A DNA stretch of 64,000 bases from Eledone cirrhosa (taxonomy: Eukaryota): positions 130,820,001-130,884,000 of the forward strand of contig OZ024745.1 of assembly GCA_964016885.1 (NCBI GenBank). The letters are read 5' to 3'. The notes under the pieces are model-generated. The model saw nothing but the letters and a program-made list of their open reading frames with translations. It did not search any database and was not told the DNA's origin. Below, in pieces: positions 31,302 to 45,262 of the stretch (position 1 is its first letter; each line of letters opens with the position of its first letter). The translations under genes were made by a program, and so were the position numbers.

Positions 31302-31644
31302 AAGAGATAGTAGTAAAACAATTTATATCAATACTATTATCAATAACTACATCCGACCTCGTAATCACTATATCTTATATCACCATTATCATAAAATAAT
31401 CGATATGCCCAATGGTGATTCGGAAGTTCTCCAATTTCTTTAGTATTTTTTTATATTTATTTTCATTTATAATTTATTTTCATTTCCACTAGATAACAGT
31501 TCGTGTCACTTGTGAGACAAATCAGTCACAATACTAACTTTCCTATTAATATCATATTAAACTTATTAAAGTTTCTTACAGATGTTGGCTTAACTCTAAT
31601 TATATCAGCCTTAACTAGTTCATTTTCTTTATTGGTTTAACTAT

Positions 31645-31860
31645 GTGGATTGACGGTAATCGGTAAAGCGTTAGTCGCCATGCTTAGTGACACAGAGTCA
31701 CTTCCCTTTAGGTCCTGAGTTCAAATCCCGTCGAAATTAGCTTTGCCTTTCATCCTTACCGGGTCGATAAAATAAATACCAGTCACGCACTGGGGTTGTT
31801 GATTTAATCGACTTTCCCCTCCTTTAAAATTGGTGGCCTTGTGTCTATATAAGAAACCAT
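31645..31860 (+). mobile_element. SINE group A (long-tail form)
   Basis: B box GAGTTCAAATC and conserved central block. Confidence 0.85.
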
Positions 31861-31877
31861 TGTTATCGTTATTCTTT

Positions 31878-32310
31878 CGCTCATGCACTCGCTAACTCAT
31901 TCACTCACTCATTCTCTCATTCATTCACTCACTCATTCACTCGCTAACTCATTCATTCACTCACTCTCTCGCTAACTCATTCACTCACTCTCACTCATTC
32001 TCTCTCTAACTCATTCACTCACTCACTCATTCACTAACTCATTCTCTCGCTAACTCATTCACTCACTCATTCTCTCGCTAACACATTCACTCACTCATTC
32101 TCTCGCTAACTCATTCTCACACTCATTCACTCACTCATTCACTCACTCATTCTCTCGCTAACTCATTCACTCACTCATTCACTCGCTAACTCATTCACTC
32201 ACTCATTCTCACACTCATTCACTCACTCATTCACTCACTCATTCTCTCGCTAACTCATTCACTCACTCATTCTCACACTCATTCACTCACTCATTCACTC
32301 GCTAACTCAT
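31878..32310 (+). repeat. Complex (CACT/CATT/CGCTAACT) tandem repeat
   Basis: Direct reading. Confidence 0.9.
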
Positions 32311-32321
32311 AAGACGGGATT

Positions 32322-32660
32322 TGAGGTTAACTTTGCCTTTCATCCTTACGGAGTCGATAAAATAAAGTACCAGTAATACACTAGGGTAATTGCTGGCCTT
32401 GTACCAAAAATAGAAACAATTATTAATGTTATTATTATTATTGGCGGCGGATTGGAGGTATCGATAGAGCGTCGGGCACCATGATTCGTGGATTAGAGTT
32501 ACGTCCCTTTACGTTCTGAGTTCAAATCCTGCCGCGGATTAGCTTTGTCTTTCATCCTTACGGAATCGATAAAATAAAGTACCAGTAATACACTTGGATC
32601 GATATAATCTACTTTGCCTCTCCAAAGATTGCTGGTCTTGTGCCTAAATCAGAAACCATT
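32322..32660 (+). mobile_element. SINE group A: 3' fragment 32322-32425 and full copy 32443-32660
   Basis: Matches group A. Confidence 0.85.
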
Positions 32661-32831
32661 AATTATTGTTTAGCTATATTTCAACTGTAACAGCAGAAAA
32701 CTGGTGCGATCAATCTCAAACTTCGATTATGTGACCAAAATAGTACCAACTATAAGGAAACATGAGCAGAAGGCTCTGTGACAAACCTAGATGTATTATG
32801 GTGAAAGTGCGGATACATTTTGACTCACCCT

Positions 32832-33371
<540 letters not shown>

Positions 33372-33873
33372 TATATATATATATATATATTGTTATACTT
33401 TGGGAGGGTCATGTTGCCAATAAGAAACACACGCACCAGTTGCTTTCACTTCAATTTATTATATATTTATAAATTTATAAATTTACAAATCTACAAACTT
33501 ATAAATTTCTGGTTAGTTGGTTGGTTCCACAACCAGATAGTTGTTTATATATAGTCATAGTCCTTTCGTCACACACTCTGTGACCTCTTCAGTGACTGGG
33601 GATTCCTTTCCTTTGTTTCTGTGCCTTTCCTTTCTTCTATCCTACGCCATTTTGTTTCTGTGTGTGTGTTGTGTGCTCAGTTTGCGCATGCGCCACATCC
33701 AGGTGTCTGTGTGTGTTTGTGTTCATTTATCTATTTGTTTATTTATTTATTTATTTATTGTTGGTTGGTTGTTTGTTCTATGTGTGTGTGTGTTTTCATT
33801 TTGTCCTTAATTGTAAGTTGTTTGTTCTATGTGTGTGTTTTCATTTTGTCCTGTGTGTGTTTTCATTTTGTCC

Positions 33874-34299
33874 TTAATTGTAAGTTGTGATGTTGCTGTT
33901 CCACTCATATTTTCTATTTAATTTTGGTTTTAATTCTTTTATGCTTACTGCCTCTGTAATTTGCCTAAACATTGCGTCTTTTCTGTGTGTGGATTCTATT
34001 TTTATTTCTATGTTCTCTAGTCTACCCATGTGTTCTATCTTAGCATGTTGGTAGAGCACAGATGATTCTTTATTATCTTGGAGGTCTCGCCAGTGTTCAT
34101 TTATTCGTTCCCCTATACTACGAGCTGTCTCACCTATGTACACTATATTTTTGTTTCTACATTGTCCTTCTGTACATCTTATGCTATACACTACATTTCT
34201 AGTTTTACAGTTAATATGGGGGCTTATTTTACAGGTTATACATTTCTTATCTATACATGAGGGTCTTTGGAACGGGTATGTCTTGCTAATAAGTGTTTT
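33874..34299 (-). CDS. C-terminal GIY-YIG endonuclease of a Penelope-like retroelement (5'-truncated, frame open)
   Basis: KTLISKTYPFQRPSCIDKKCITCKISPHINCKTRNVVYSIRCTEGQCRNKNIVYIGETARSIGERINEH...HAKIEH...RQITEAVSI...LNRKYEWN; VY/YIG/R/E/N motifs, CCHH residues and an upstream Cys cluster (Neptune-like, inference). Confidence 0.9.
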   Translation of the reverse strand, partial: KTLISKTYPFQRPSCIDKKCITCKISPHINCKTRNVVYSIRCTEGQCRNKNIVYIGETARSIGERINEHWRDLQDNKESSVLYQHAKIEHMGRLENIEIKIESTHRKDAMFRQITEAVSIKELKPKLNRKYEWNSNITTYN

Positions 34300-34579
34300 T
34301 TAAATAGAAAATATGAGTGGAACAGCAACATCACAACTTACAATTAAGGACAAAATGAAAACACACACAGGACAAAATGAAAACACACACACACATAGAA
34401 CAAACAACCAACCAACAATAAATAAATAAATAAATAAACAAATAGATAAATGAACACAAACACACACAGACACCCGGATGTGGCGCATGCGCAAACTGAG
34501 CACACAACACACACACAGAAACAAAATGGCGTAGGATAGAAGAAAGGAAAGACACAGAACCAAAGGAAAGGAATCCCCA

Positions 34580-34622
34580 GTCACTGAAGAGGTCACAGAG
34601 TGTGTGACGAAAGGACTATGAC
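34580..34622 (+). ncRNA. Minimal type-I hammerhead ribozyme in PLE pLTR (mirror 33554-33596, minus)
   Basis: gtca-CTGAAGA-ggtcaca gagtg tgtgac-GAAA-ggac-TA-tgac. Confidence 0.8.
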
Positions 34623-35091
34623 TATATATAAACAACTATCTGGTTGTGGAACCAACCAACCAACCAGAAATTTATAAGTTTGTAGATTTGTAAATTTATA
34701 AATTTATAAATATATAATAAATTGAAGTGAAAGCAACTGGTGCGTGTGTTTCTTATTGGCAACATGACCCTCCCAAAGTATAACAATATCGGTTTCAACA
34801 CACGATTTCAGATAAAGAATCTTGCTAAACAAATTCAGAAACGAAATATATATATATATATATATATATTACATATATATATATTTAACATGATTGTAAT
34901 TTCGTTGTTGTGGTGGCTAACCACAGTTTTTTATTTGTCACGCCATTTAACGTATGTTTATTACTCTAAGATGTAACTTATCAATTTATATCGATGTCTT
35001 CTTATTGAGTGCTTCGTGCAACGCTTCTGAATACTGTTTCTTTCGTGCATGCTGGTCGAGCGTAGCAATTTCGATTTTAGTAACTTCCACT

Positions 35092-35180
<89 letters not shown>

Positions 35181-35550
35181 ATAATAATAAATTTGAAGAC
35201 TAAAATCCAAAGAGGGCTCGATAAGGATAAATATATATTAAGTCTCTAAGAACCCTAGAGCAAGGAAATGTCTCCACGAACCACTTGAATAGAATATTAG
35301 TCTACGACTCCATTTACACCATAAGCTTGGTTTTGTCTTTGCGTGGAATTGTTCTCACCGCTCCAAATAATGACGTATTATCTTCGCTTTTTTCGTTCAT
35401 TGCCAGGGAACGTCTCCACGAACAGAAGTATCGTCTGCAAAGATTTCGAAATATTTACTTCTGCGTTCACAGATTGATTCTTTAGTTTCAGAAGATCCCG
35501 TTAAGGGTGAAAGCTGCGATTCTTTGCATAAACTTTAATCTGTTATTTTA

Positions 35551-35702
<152 letters not shown>

Positions 35703-36191
35703 GTAGATAAATCTACCAAGAGTTTACGGTACTGTCCAATCCGTATGAAGAACTCAATGTAATCCGGATATCATGGAAAGAAGAGATGCATTCAAAAATC
35801 ACTTTCGGTGAAAGATAAACGGAATACAGAGTCAAGATAAAGTATTAAAAAAATAATGAATAAAACAATGAAACGGTTCCTTATATTAAACAAAAAAAGT
35901 TCATTATTTAACGATCGTTTCTAGGACATATATGTATTAGAATTGGTATGCATATTCAACAGATCTATGTACAAAATTATACAAAATTATACAAATTATC
36001 AAATATAATATACATAATGTATATTATATTTGATAATTTGTATAATTTTGTATAATTTTGTACATAGATCTGTTGAATATGCATACCAATTCTAACACAT
36101 ATATGTCCTAGAAACGATCGTTAAATAATGAACTTTTTTTGTTTAATATAAGGAACTGTTTCATTGTTTTATTCATTATTTTTTTAATACT

Positions 36192-36195
<4 letters not shown>
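35703..36195. mobile_element. Fold-back unit (near-perfect hairpin centred ~36016; arms ~35838-36014 / 36018-36195; tail 35703-35837)
   Basis: ~180 bp inverted repeat with 3 nt loop; homologous to 39465-39786; carries GAAA-CGATCG half of an HHR. Confidence 0.75.
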
Positions 36196-36266
<71 letters not shown>

Positions 36267-36269
<3 letters not shown>

Positions 36270-37468
36270 ATAATAATAAAATTGAAGACTAAAATCCAAA
36301 GAGGGCTCGATAAGGAAAATATATATCAAATATATAAGAACCGTAGAGCAAATATTTATTAAAAAGACCACATCTTAAACAAAAAATCTGAGGCAATTTC
36401 GGCTTGTAAACATAAATTGCACAAAACTTTCCTGTATTACAGCCCCACGTTATACCCTAACGGATAGCACGATCTATTCGTAGATATTTTACGTCTTGAT
36501 GTGGGAGCTAAGTATATGTTTTGATTATTCCTTTACTTATTTGCATAGGTAAGTATATATTACCCGTATGTTTTGTGAAGGTAGGTATACCTTCTCGTAC
36601 GTATATTTGACTGTTATAGCGTATAATTTTTACATATTCTGGTATTTAGGGTTTGGCTATGTGTATACGGGAGTTTTGCGTCCGCGTGAATGTGCAGGTT
36701 CGTACGTATGGTGGGTGTGTGTATATGTGTACTTCTTGTTTTAGTTGACCTACGTCTCCGAACATTCGTGTATTTATATGTAGGTATGCGTGTGCGCTTG
36801 TTATATACGTATTTATTTACTTATATACGTTTATATAATTATTTATTTATTTGTACACAAGCATACACACACACACATATTTATATGTGCGTGGTTTTGT
36901 ATACCCATGGTAAGGTTTTGCGTATGCTTGTGTATGTACGTATCTGTTTGCGTGTATGTATTTATTTTTTTCTATTACATCTGTATTGTATTTATTTACT
37001 TTGTTCTTAACTCTGTAGCGGAGATTCATTTGGTCTCCTAGTTAGAATTTTAGTCTACGATTTCTGCTATACCATTTACGTGGTTTTGTCTTTGCGTGCT
37101 ATTGTTCTCCACGCTCCACATATGACTTATTATCTTCGTTTTTTCGTTCATTGCCAGAGAACGTCTCTATGCACCACCTAAGAGAACATTAGTCTACGAC
37201 CTCTTTTATACCATAAACGTGGTTCTGTCTTTGCGCGTAATTGTTTTTCACCGCTCCTATTAATGACGTATTATTCGTTTTTTCCCGTTCTTTGCCAGCG
37301 AACGTTACCACGAACCAAAGTATCGTCTTCCTGTCTTCCTCCGGTTGCAACGTTTTTTGAAATATCCAGTTCTGCGTTTACAGATTGACTTTGTTAGTTT
37401 CAGAAGATCCCGTTAAGGGTGAAAGCAGCGATTCTTTGCTTAAACTTTAATCTGTTATTTTAATAAAT
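36267..37468 (+). mobile_element. PLE family B longest copy: last codons (36366-36467) plus 3' region, preceded by inverted tail 36267-36365
   Basis: DHILNKKSEAISACKHKLHKTF resembles the LNKRSELxSxCRH C-terminus of invertebrate PLEs; 36912-37468 near-identical to 24142-24690. Confidence 0.7.
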
Positions 37469-37790
37469 ATATATATATATATATATACAATAAAGTATGT
37501 CCATAGAATCATTTGATAAAATATATCTTATTTCCTCTCCCAATCAGCATAATCAACCACAAAAAAACAATTAAACAAGGCTATAAGATTAAAAGGCACC
37601 TATGAAGAAATAATAGATAAATAAACGACAGCTTTCTATCCGCGATCAACAGCTATAGAATAGAATATTTACCCACCATTTCTAATAGCACGTGGAAATC
37701 GATTAAATATATCGTCAACCATACACAATTAGGTATAAAATCAAAGTTAGAAGAAAAAAGTATATAAGCATACCAAAATTATGTTTCTAT

Positions 37791-37855
<65 letters not shown>

Positions 37856-38314
37856 GAAATCCCTTCTGACTACACGTATTGTAGACGCTTCATATATAGC
37901 GTGTAGTAAGAATGAAGTTTGAAAGTATGTTTTGCCTATGAAATGTTACTAAAACGCATGATTTTAAATATGCTTAGTAAAGACTTGTGTGCTGAAGGGG
38001 TTGCTGTACTGTCTCTGAGTGCAAGAGTCAGCATAATATAAGCATAATATAAGGTAAGTGTGATATTGTGAGTGTCAGTGAGAGCTATCAATCCGCTACA
38101 ATGTGTCAGGTGCACGATTCATAATCTCTGAGCTGCCTCAAAAGAGATTAATAATGTTCTCGAAATGTGTTTCCTGTCTTTTGCCGCCAGTCCAAAAGAG
38201 AAGCCACTCAACCCTGAGAAGAGTATGTATATTAAGCACGCAGAGGTCTCCATTGTGGTATTTCCCTCAGATGTATCAAACAGGCTCACACACAGACACA
38301 CACAGACACACACA

Positions 38315-38441
<127 letters not shown>

Positions 38442-38749
38442 TCATACATACAGTTCACACACCACCAAAAACAAATATATATATTTAGTTATGCCACCAA
38501 ACTTCAAGACATTCATTAGCAGTTGGCAACTCGAATCTAGAATGGTGATGATAGAATCTAAAACAAAAGTACGTTGTTAGCGGGCCTTTCAACAAGGAAA
38601 GACATTTAGCAGTGTGAGCGAACGAAGTGACCGTTAAATTAGCAGCGATGCCACTTTACAACGCGATGTCAGAGAACACACAAGAAACTCTTTTTGTGGT
38701 CGCTTGAGCTGCCTTGAAAAACAGTTAAATTAATTTTTGATCTACCCTC

Positions 38750-38805
<56 letters not shown>

Positions 38806-38877
38806 CACTTCTTGTTTACACCCTCGTGTGTGTATATATATATAATAATATATTATATTATATATATAATATTATAT

Positions 38878-38942
<65 letters not shown>

Positions 38943-39071
38943 TATATAATATTATATACATATATATATATTATATATATATATATATTATATATATATA
39001 TATAATATATAATATAATATTATATACATATATATATATTATATATATATATATAATATATAATATAATAT

Positions 39072-39163
<92 letters not shown>

Positions 39164-39414
39164 CATATATATATATAGGAAAATGCATGGCCCCGACGGC
39201 AGAGCTCAAGCCGTTTCGACGGCTATTTCTGGATTGAAACAGCAGTCCAGAAATAGCCGTCAAAACGGTTTGAGCTCTGCCGTCGGGTCCATACATTTTC
39301 CTATTACCCACTCTACTACTCGTTATGGTCCATCGGGTTCCTTACCACAACTCCTTCGTTATAATATATATATATATATTATATTATATTATATTATATT
39401 ATATTATATTATAT

Positions 39415-39464
<50 letters not shown>

Positions 39465-39470
<6 letters not shown>

Positions 39471-39598
39471 TCTGAAGACAGCATATATATGTGTAGGTAT
39501 GTATATTCCTTCTGATAGTTTGTAAAAATTTTACATAGATCTATAGGATATGCATACCAACACTAACATATATATCCTAGAAACGATCGTAAAATGAT
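39465..39598 (+). ncRNA. Hammerhead motif with ~100 nt stem II insertion
   Basis: attattt-CTGAAGA-[long]-GAAA-CGATCG-TA-aaatgat; relatives 49505-49630 and 55117-55253. Confidence 0.55.
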
Positions 39599-39785
39599 GA
39601 ATTTTTTAATATAAGGAACTGTTTCTTTGTTTATTCTTTATTTTGATTAATTTATCTTGTCTCTGTTTTCCTGTATTTTTCATCTAAAAAAATTTTTTGA
39701 ATACATCTCTTTTCATGATATTCGGATTACATTGAGTTCTTCATACGGATTTGACACTACCGTACATTTTGGTAGATTTATCTAC

Positions 39786-39822
<37 letters not shown>

Positions 39823-39904
39823 TAACCATGCCGATCCCAAGCTGAAGATACGCTAAGGTGAAACAATTGTTCTCGGTATGGTGAACTAACTGTTGTGTAA
39901 CCAC

Positions 39905-39946
<42 letters not shown>

Positions 39947-40304
39947 GAACTGTACATCATGAACAAACTCCTTATTGATAATACAATGATTGCATCGAGT
40001 ATTTTTGAGGGATGGAAAAATGAGAACTCTAGAAATGGAAACGAAACTGATCCTCGTTGACATAGCTAACCATCAAGCTTCATGTCGTCTATAGTAATCA
40101 GTCACCACGAAAATTGACAACTTAATACGCAGAAGAAAGCCGTCTTTGTAGATAAAATAAAACCGTGGATGTACGTAAAACATTTTCACAATCCTTACTT
40201 TACATAAGAAAAACATATATCTAACTCTGTTCAGGTTTAACATGTCTTTTGTGCAGTTTATAATTTTGACCCACAAAATAAACAAAAACACAATATATTT
40301 ATAA

Positions 40305-40305
40305 G

Positions 40306-40344
<39 letters not shown>

Positions 40345-40513
40345 ATGTGTGTGTGAATGTGTGTGTGCTTGTGTATGTGAGTGTGTGTGTGAGAGAGACA
40401 GTGTGCGTGTGTGTTTGTGTGTGTGTGTGAGTGTGTGTGTGTGCTTGCGTGTGTACTTGCATGTGTTGAATTATGTGTGCGTGAGAGTGTGCGTGCGTGT
40501 GTATGTGTGTGCT

Positions 40514-40605
<92 letters not shown>

Positions 40606-40665
40606 TGCGTGTGTGAATGGGTGTGTGCTTGCATGTGTAGAATTATGTGTGCGTGGGTGTGTGCA
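40305..40665 (+). repeat. (GT)n-rich microsatellite
   Basis: Direct reading. Confidence 0.95.
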
Positions 40666-41221
40666 TGACTAGGGTGAAGGAAATACGACACTGGAGACTT
40701 CTGCGTGCTAAATATACTTACGGTATAGTGTGTATATATGTGTGTGTGTGTGGGTTGGTGTGTGGATGTGTGTATTTATACATACATATATACCCTCATA
40801 AATCCATCTACATCCTCACAACTACATCACTTCTAGATTATCCAATCATCCACTCATATCCCGTATTCTCGGAATATTTGTTCTATATATTCCTTGTACT
40901 ATATTTTCAGTACTAGAAGCAAATCTCTACCAAGAAGTGTGTCACGAAAATTTCCTTTCTTGCAAATATGTGTGTGTGTCTGTGGAATGGGATGGACGGT
41001 GAATGATGTGAAGGTGGTGGGAATAAAAGAGTATTGATTTTTCTTAAAGTTATATAATCGTTTTAGCATGTAAGTTTGGATCAACATTTCCATTTTGCGA
41101 CTGTTAAAGTTTTAAGCGTCTCAAGACAGGGATATTTTGTAATCCATACAACAGATTAAATATTCCCAGCTAGAAATATTCAGTTTGTCTTATCAGCACT
41201 TCTATAATAATAATGATGATG

Positions 41222-41293
<72 letters not shown>

Positions 41294-41294
41294 T

Positions 41295-43783
41295 ATCATA
41301 GAGGAACTGAAGCAACGCATTGTAGCAAAGAGTGCAAAAATCAGGCGATACGAGAACAGAGTCAGTCAGTATAAACAGAACCGCATGTTCGACAACAACC
41401 AGAAGATGCTGTTTGGACAGCTTGAGGGGAAAGAAAGAGGCAACGACTTGATCCCTGGGGCGGAGCAAACTAAAACATTCTGGAGAGGAATATGGGAGCA
41501 GGATGTTAGACATAATGTCCAGGCAGGGTGGATTGAGACAGTACAGAGGGAGATCGGTGAGCAGGCACAACAACAAACTGATTTGAGTATCACAGTTGAA
41601 ACTCTTAAGGGGCAGGCCAAAAAAATAACCAACTGGAAATCACCAGGCCCAGATGGTGTGCAGGGGTATTGGATTAAACATTTAACATCCCTCCACCCGA
41701 AGCTGACGGCCATGTTCAATGACTGCTTGGTGTCGGGTGAGGTGCCAGAGTGGTTGACAAAAGGTACCACAGTTCTGATAATGAAAGACCGAATCAAGGG
41801 TAATGATGTTACCAACTATAGACCTATCACATGTCTGTCCGTAATGTGGAAACTGTTGACGAGCATTGTGTCTGAGGAAATCTACCATCACCTCCACACA
41901 AACAACTTGTTACCGGACGAACAGAAAGGATGCCGAAAGAAGTCACGTGGTACAAAGGACCAGTTACTTATTGATAAGATGGTAATGGGGAATTGCAAGA
42001 GGAGACACACTGATCTTGCCATGGGATGGATAGACTACAGAAAGGCATTTGACATGGTGCCTCATTCTTGGATCACCAAAAGCCTGGAGATCTTCAGGGT
42101 GGCAGACAACATCAGACAGTTGCTGGGCAGGAGTATGGGGTCCTGGGAGACAGAGTTGACATCAAGTGGAGTATCCTTGGGAAGCGTGAAGATCAAGAGA
42201 GGTATCTTCCAGGGAGATAGCCTGTCCCCTCTGTTGTTTGTCCTTGCCCTGATGCCCTTGACCATTATGCTGCGAAAAGTGAGAGCAGGATACAAGTTGG
42301 GAAGGGGAGAGCTTACCATCAATCACCTCCTCTTCATGGACGATCTTAAGCTCTTCGGGAAAAGTGAGAAGGAGTTGGATGTGCTTGTTGACACTGTCCG
42401 TATTTTCAGCAGTGATATATGTATGCAGTTTGGTATTGGTAAATGTGGAGTCATTGTGATGAGGAGGGGTAGGTTGAGCAGAAGTAACGGGATCCAGATA
42501 CCAACAGGTGAAATGATAAAGGAAATTGACTCTGAGGAAGGATACAAGTATTTGGGCGTTCTGGAGGCTGATGGCATAAAGAACAAAAAAATGAAGGAAT
42601 TGTTAAGAACTGAATACATTCGGAGAGTAAGGAGCGTATTGAAGTCACATCTGAACAGCAGAAATGCCATAAGCGCAGTAAATTCCCGAGCTGTGTCTAT
42701 TATTAGGTACAGTGCGGGAATTCTGAGATGGAATGTTGCTGAACAAAAAGAAATGGATAGGAAGACTAGGAAGCTATTGACTATCTACAACATGTTCCAC
42801 AAGAGGAGTGATGTCGATAGACTCTACCTAAGGAGATCTGAGGGTGGAAGAGGTCTTATCAGCATAGAGGACTGTGTTCAGATGGAGAAAAACAACCTAT
42901 ACAAATACGTGACCTATAGTAAGGAGCCAATGCTCAGAACTGTACTGAAGGAGGGGACAGTAGGCCAGGGGATGTCCAAGGAGGAAATAACATCAAGGAG
43001 GAAGAGCAGCCTCAAGGGAAAATCCCTTCATAGTACCTTCTTTGAGAATTTAGAGATCTTTGAGAATTTAGAGATCCACAGACATGGAACTGGTTGAGAA
43101 GAGGAGACCTCAAAAAGGCTACAGAAGGAATGCTAATGGCTGCGCAGGAGCAGGCCCTCAAAACGAAGTGGTTGAAGCACCATATTTACAAGGAGGAGGC
43201 TAGCCCACTGTGCAGGATCTGTGGAGAGAGAGAGGAGACTGTGGCTCACATTGTGTCCGAGTGTAAACACCTAGCCCAGACCCACTATAAGGGCTGGAGA
43301 CACGATGTGATGGGCAGGGTGATCCACTGGCACCTGTGCAAAGTAAACAATTTACCACATTCTGAGAAATGGTATGAGCATAGGCCAGAGGCGGTGATGG
43401 AGAACAATCAGGTGAAGGTGCTGTGGGATTTTAGGATACAGACGGACAAAAAACTGGAACACAATAGACCTGACCTGGTGGTTGTGGACAAAGAAAAAAG
43501 ATCGTGTCTAATTGTGGATGTGGCCTGCCCATTCGACACGAGAGTGCAAGAGAAGGAGAGGGAGAAAATTAACCGATACCAGGACCTAAAGTGGGAGGTG
43601 AAAAGGATTTGGAACTGCCATGAAGTCAAAGTGATCCCGATTGTCATAGGCGCACTGGGGACTATCTCCAAAAGTTTCCAGGGATGGTTAAAGAAAATCG
43701 GCCCCTTCACGCTTTTTGGAACGCTTCAAAAGGCATGCTTGCTTGGAACAGCAAGAACCCTCCGATACGTCCTGAATATCTGA
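41295..43783 (+). pseudogene. Reverse transcriptase / zinc knuckle / restriction-like endonuclease ORF split by one frameshift near 43040-43075
   Basis: KSPGPDG, NYRPITCL, EQKG, DYRKAFD, GIFQGDSLSP, HLLFMDD, YKYLG, GGRGL; second frame CRICGEREETVAHIVSEC, RHD, RPDLV...DVACPFD...K..RY; 18 bp tandem duplication at 43039-43074. Confidence 0.92.
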
Positions 43784-43856
43784 GGCTGCAGGTAGTGGCT
43801 TGATATTCAATCCAACGGACTTTCCAGTTAACCAACATCAATGACTGAGATTCAAG

Positions 43857-43858
<2 letters not shown>
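41295..43858 (+). mobile_element. R4/Dong-clade non-LTR retrotransposon, 5'-truncated, inserted in (TAA)n
   Basis: RT, CCHC and RLE domains in single-ORF architecture; (AAT)n 41204-41292 and 43859-43906; Dong elements are known TAA-repeat specialists. Confidence 0.9.
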
Positions 43859-43910
<52 letters not shown>

Positions 43911-43949
43911 TGCAACTATAATAATAATAATAATAATGATAATAATAAT

Positions 43950-44300
43950 ATTCGACACGAGAGTGCAAGAGAAGGAGAGGGAGAAAATTAACCGATACCA
44001 GGACTTAAAGTGGGAGGTAAAAAGGTAAAAAAAAAAAAAAAAATGGATTTGGAACTGCCATGAAGTCAAAGTGGTCCCGATTGTCATAGGCGCACTAGGT
44101 ACTATCTCAAAAAGTTTCCAGGGATGGTTAAAGAAAATTGGCCCCGCCTTGCTTTTTGGAACACTTCAAAAGGCATGCTTGCTGGGAACAGCAAAAACCC
44201 TCCGATACGTCCTGAATATCTGAGGCTGCAGGTAGTGACTTGATATACATTTCAACAAACTTTCTAGTTAACTAACATCATTGACTGAAACTCAAAGAAC
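43950..44300 (+). mobile_element. Second, short 3' fragment of the same R4/Dong family
   Basis: Matches 43531-43858; internal A-run at ~44027-44043; (AAT)n on both sides. Confidence 0.9.
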
Positions 44301-44391
<91 letters not shown>

Positions 44392-44395
44392 GTAA

Positions 44396-45262
44396 TGCTT
44401 TCTTTATTAACCACAGGGGTTTACACAAAGTAAGACATTCAAGACAGTACAGGACAATACATGACAATGCAGGACAATACAGGACGGTACAAATGGGCAT
44501 TTCTGCGTGTAAAAAAATAAAAAACAGAGGATGTAACAAAAAAAGAAACAATGAAAAATTCCCCAATAGAGGGAAGACTTCCGAGGAACATTCGTGGAGA
44601 AAGCCCATTAAAAAAAAGCCACGGTGACCCTGACCACCAGGGCAAGTGCCCTCTCCCAGTTTTCCACCTTCAATTTACAGGCACACTCAGAGTAGGCCCA
44701 TTCACTCGGGCCATTCTTGCCTCTCTCACCCATCTTTCAACAAAATGCTGGGAAGAGACCACTTCTCTCTCTACCCTGATTTTCCTTTTCAAATGAAATT
44801 TGAAAAAGTTAATCAGGGCATCACCGAAGAGGTAAGTGCTCGTCTTCAGCCCTTTCAGATGCGTCCACCATACTATCTCTTTCGCCATGGCCACCAGACA
44901 AATAAAAACTGCCTGCCCTTCCCGGCTAAAGGAAGAGGGCGATCCTCACGATGGACTCAGCTGATAGCCGGATCCGTTCTACACGCGACAGCAGGTGTTC
45001 GACATAAATCCACAAGTCAGCAATGCTCGGACACTGGACGAGTGCGTGCAGGACGGTTTCGTCGCCCTGCGCGCATCTTGGACATGCCCGGCTGACGGCA
45101 GTTCCATGCCTGTAGAGTTTATCCCGAACTGACAAAGCTCCTCGGTAGCACTGCCAGCCAGGGATTTCTGGAAGTTGTCCATAGGCCCCGACCCGAAAGT
45201 TCTTCCGAAGAGATTGGCTAGTTGATTTTCGTCGACGCCTAGAGTTTCCCCAAGTACGTCGT
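44396..45262 (-). mobile_element. L1/Tx1-type LINE 3' fragment
   Basis: VRDKLYRHG...CPRCAQGDETVLHALVQC (C-x2-C-x8-H-x4-C), AKEIVWWT...; 3' end tggttaataaagaa into (ATT)n; relative at 57955-58290. Confidence 0.75.

Larger units (their letters stand above)
33390..34846. mobile_element. Penelope-like element family A: 5'-truncated minus copy (33390-34299) joined to an inverted pLTR with tail (34300-34846)
   Basis: GIY-YIG frame, inverted arms 33390-33922 / 34300-34788, HHRs in both arms, (TA)n flanks. Confidence 0.9.

Noticed and set aside
38191-38222. Possible 32 nt micro-exon (cag/TCCAAAA...GAAGA/gtatgt) and donor gtaagt at ~38054
   Set aside because: Splice-like signals alone are expected by chance; no homology or transcript support
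41366-43710. Antisense ORFs over the LINE
   Set aside because: Shadow frames of the RT coding strand
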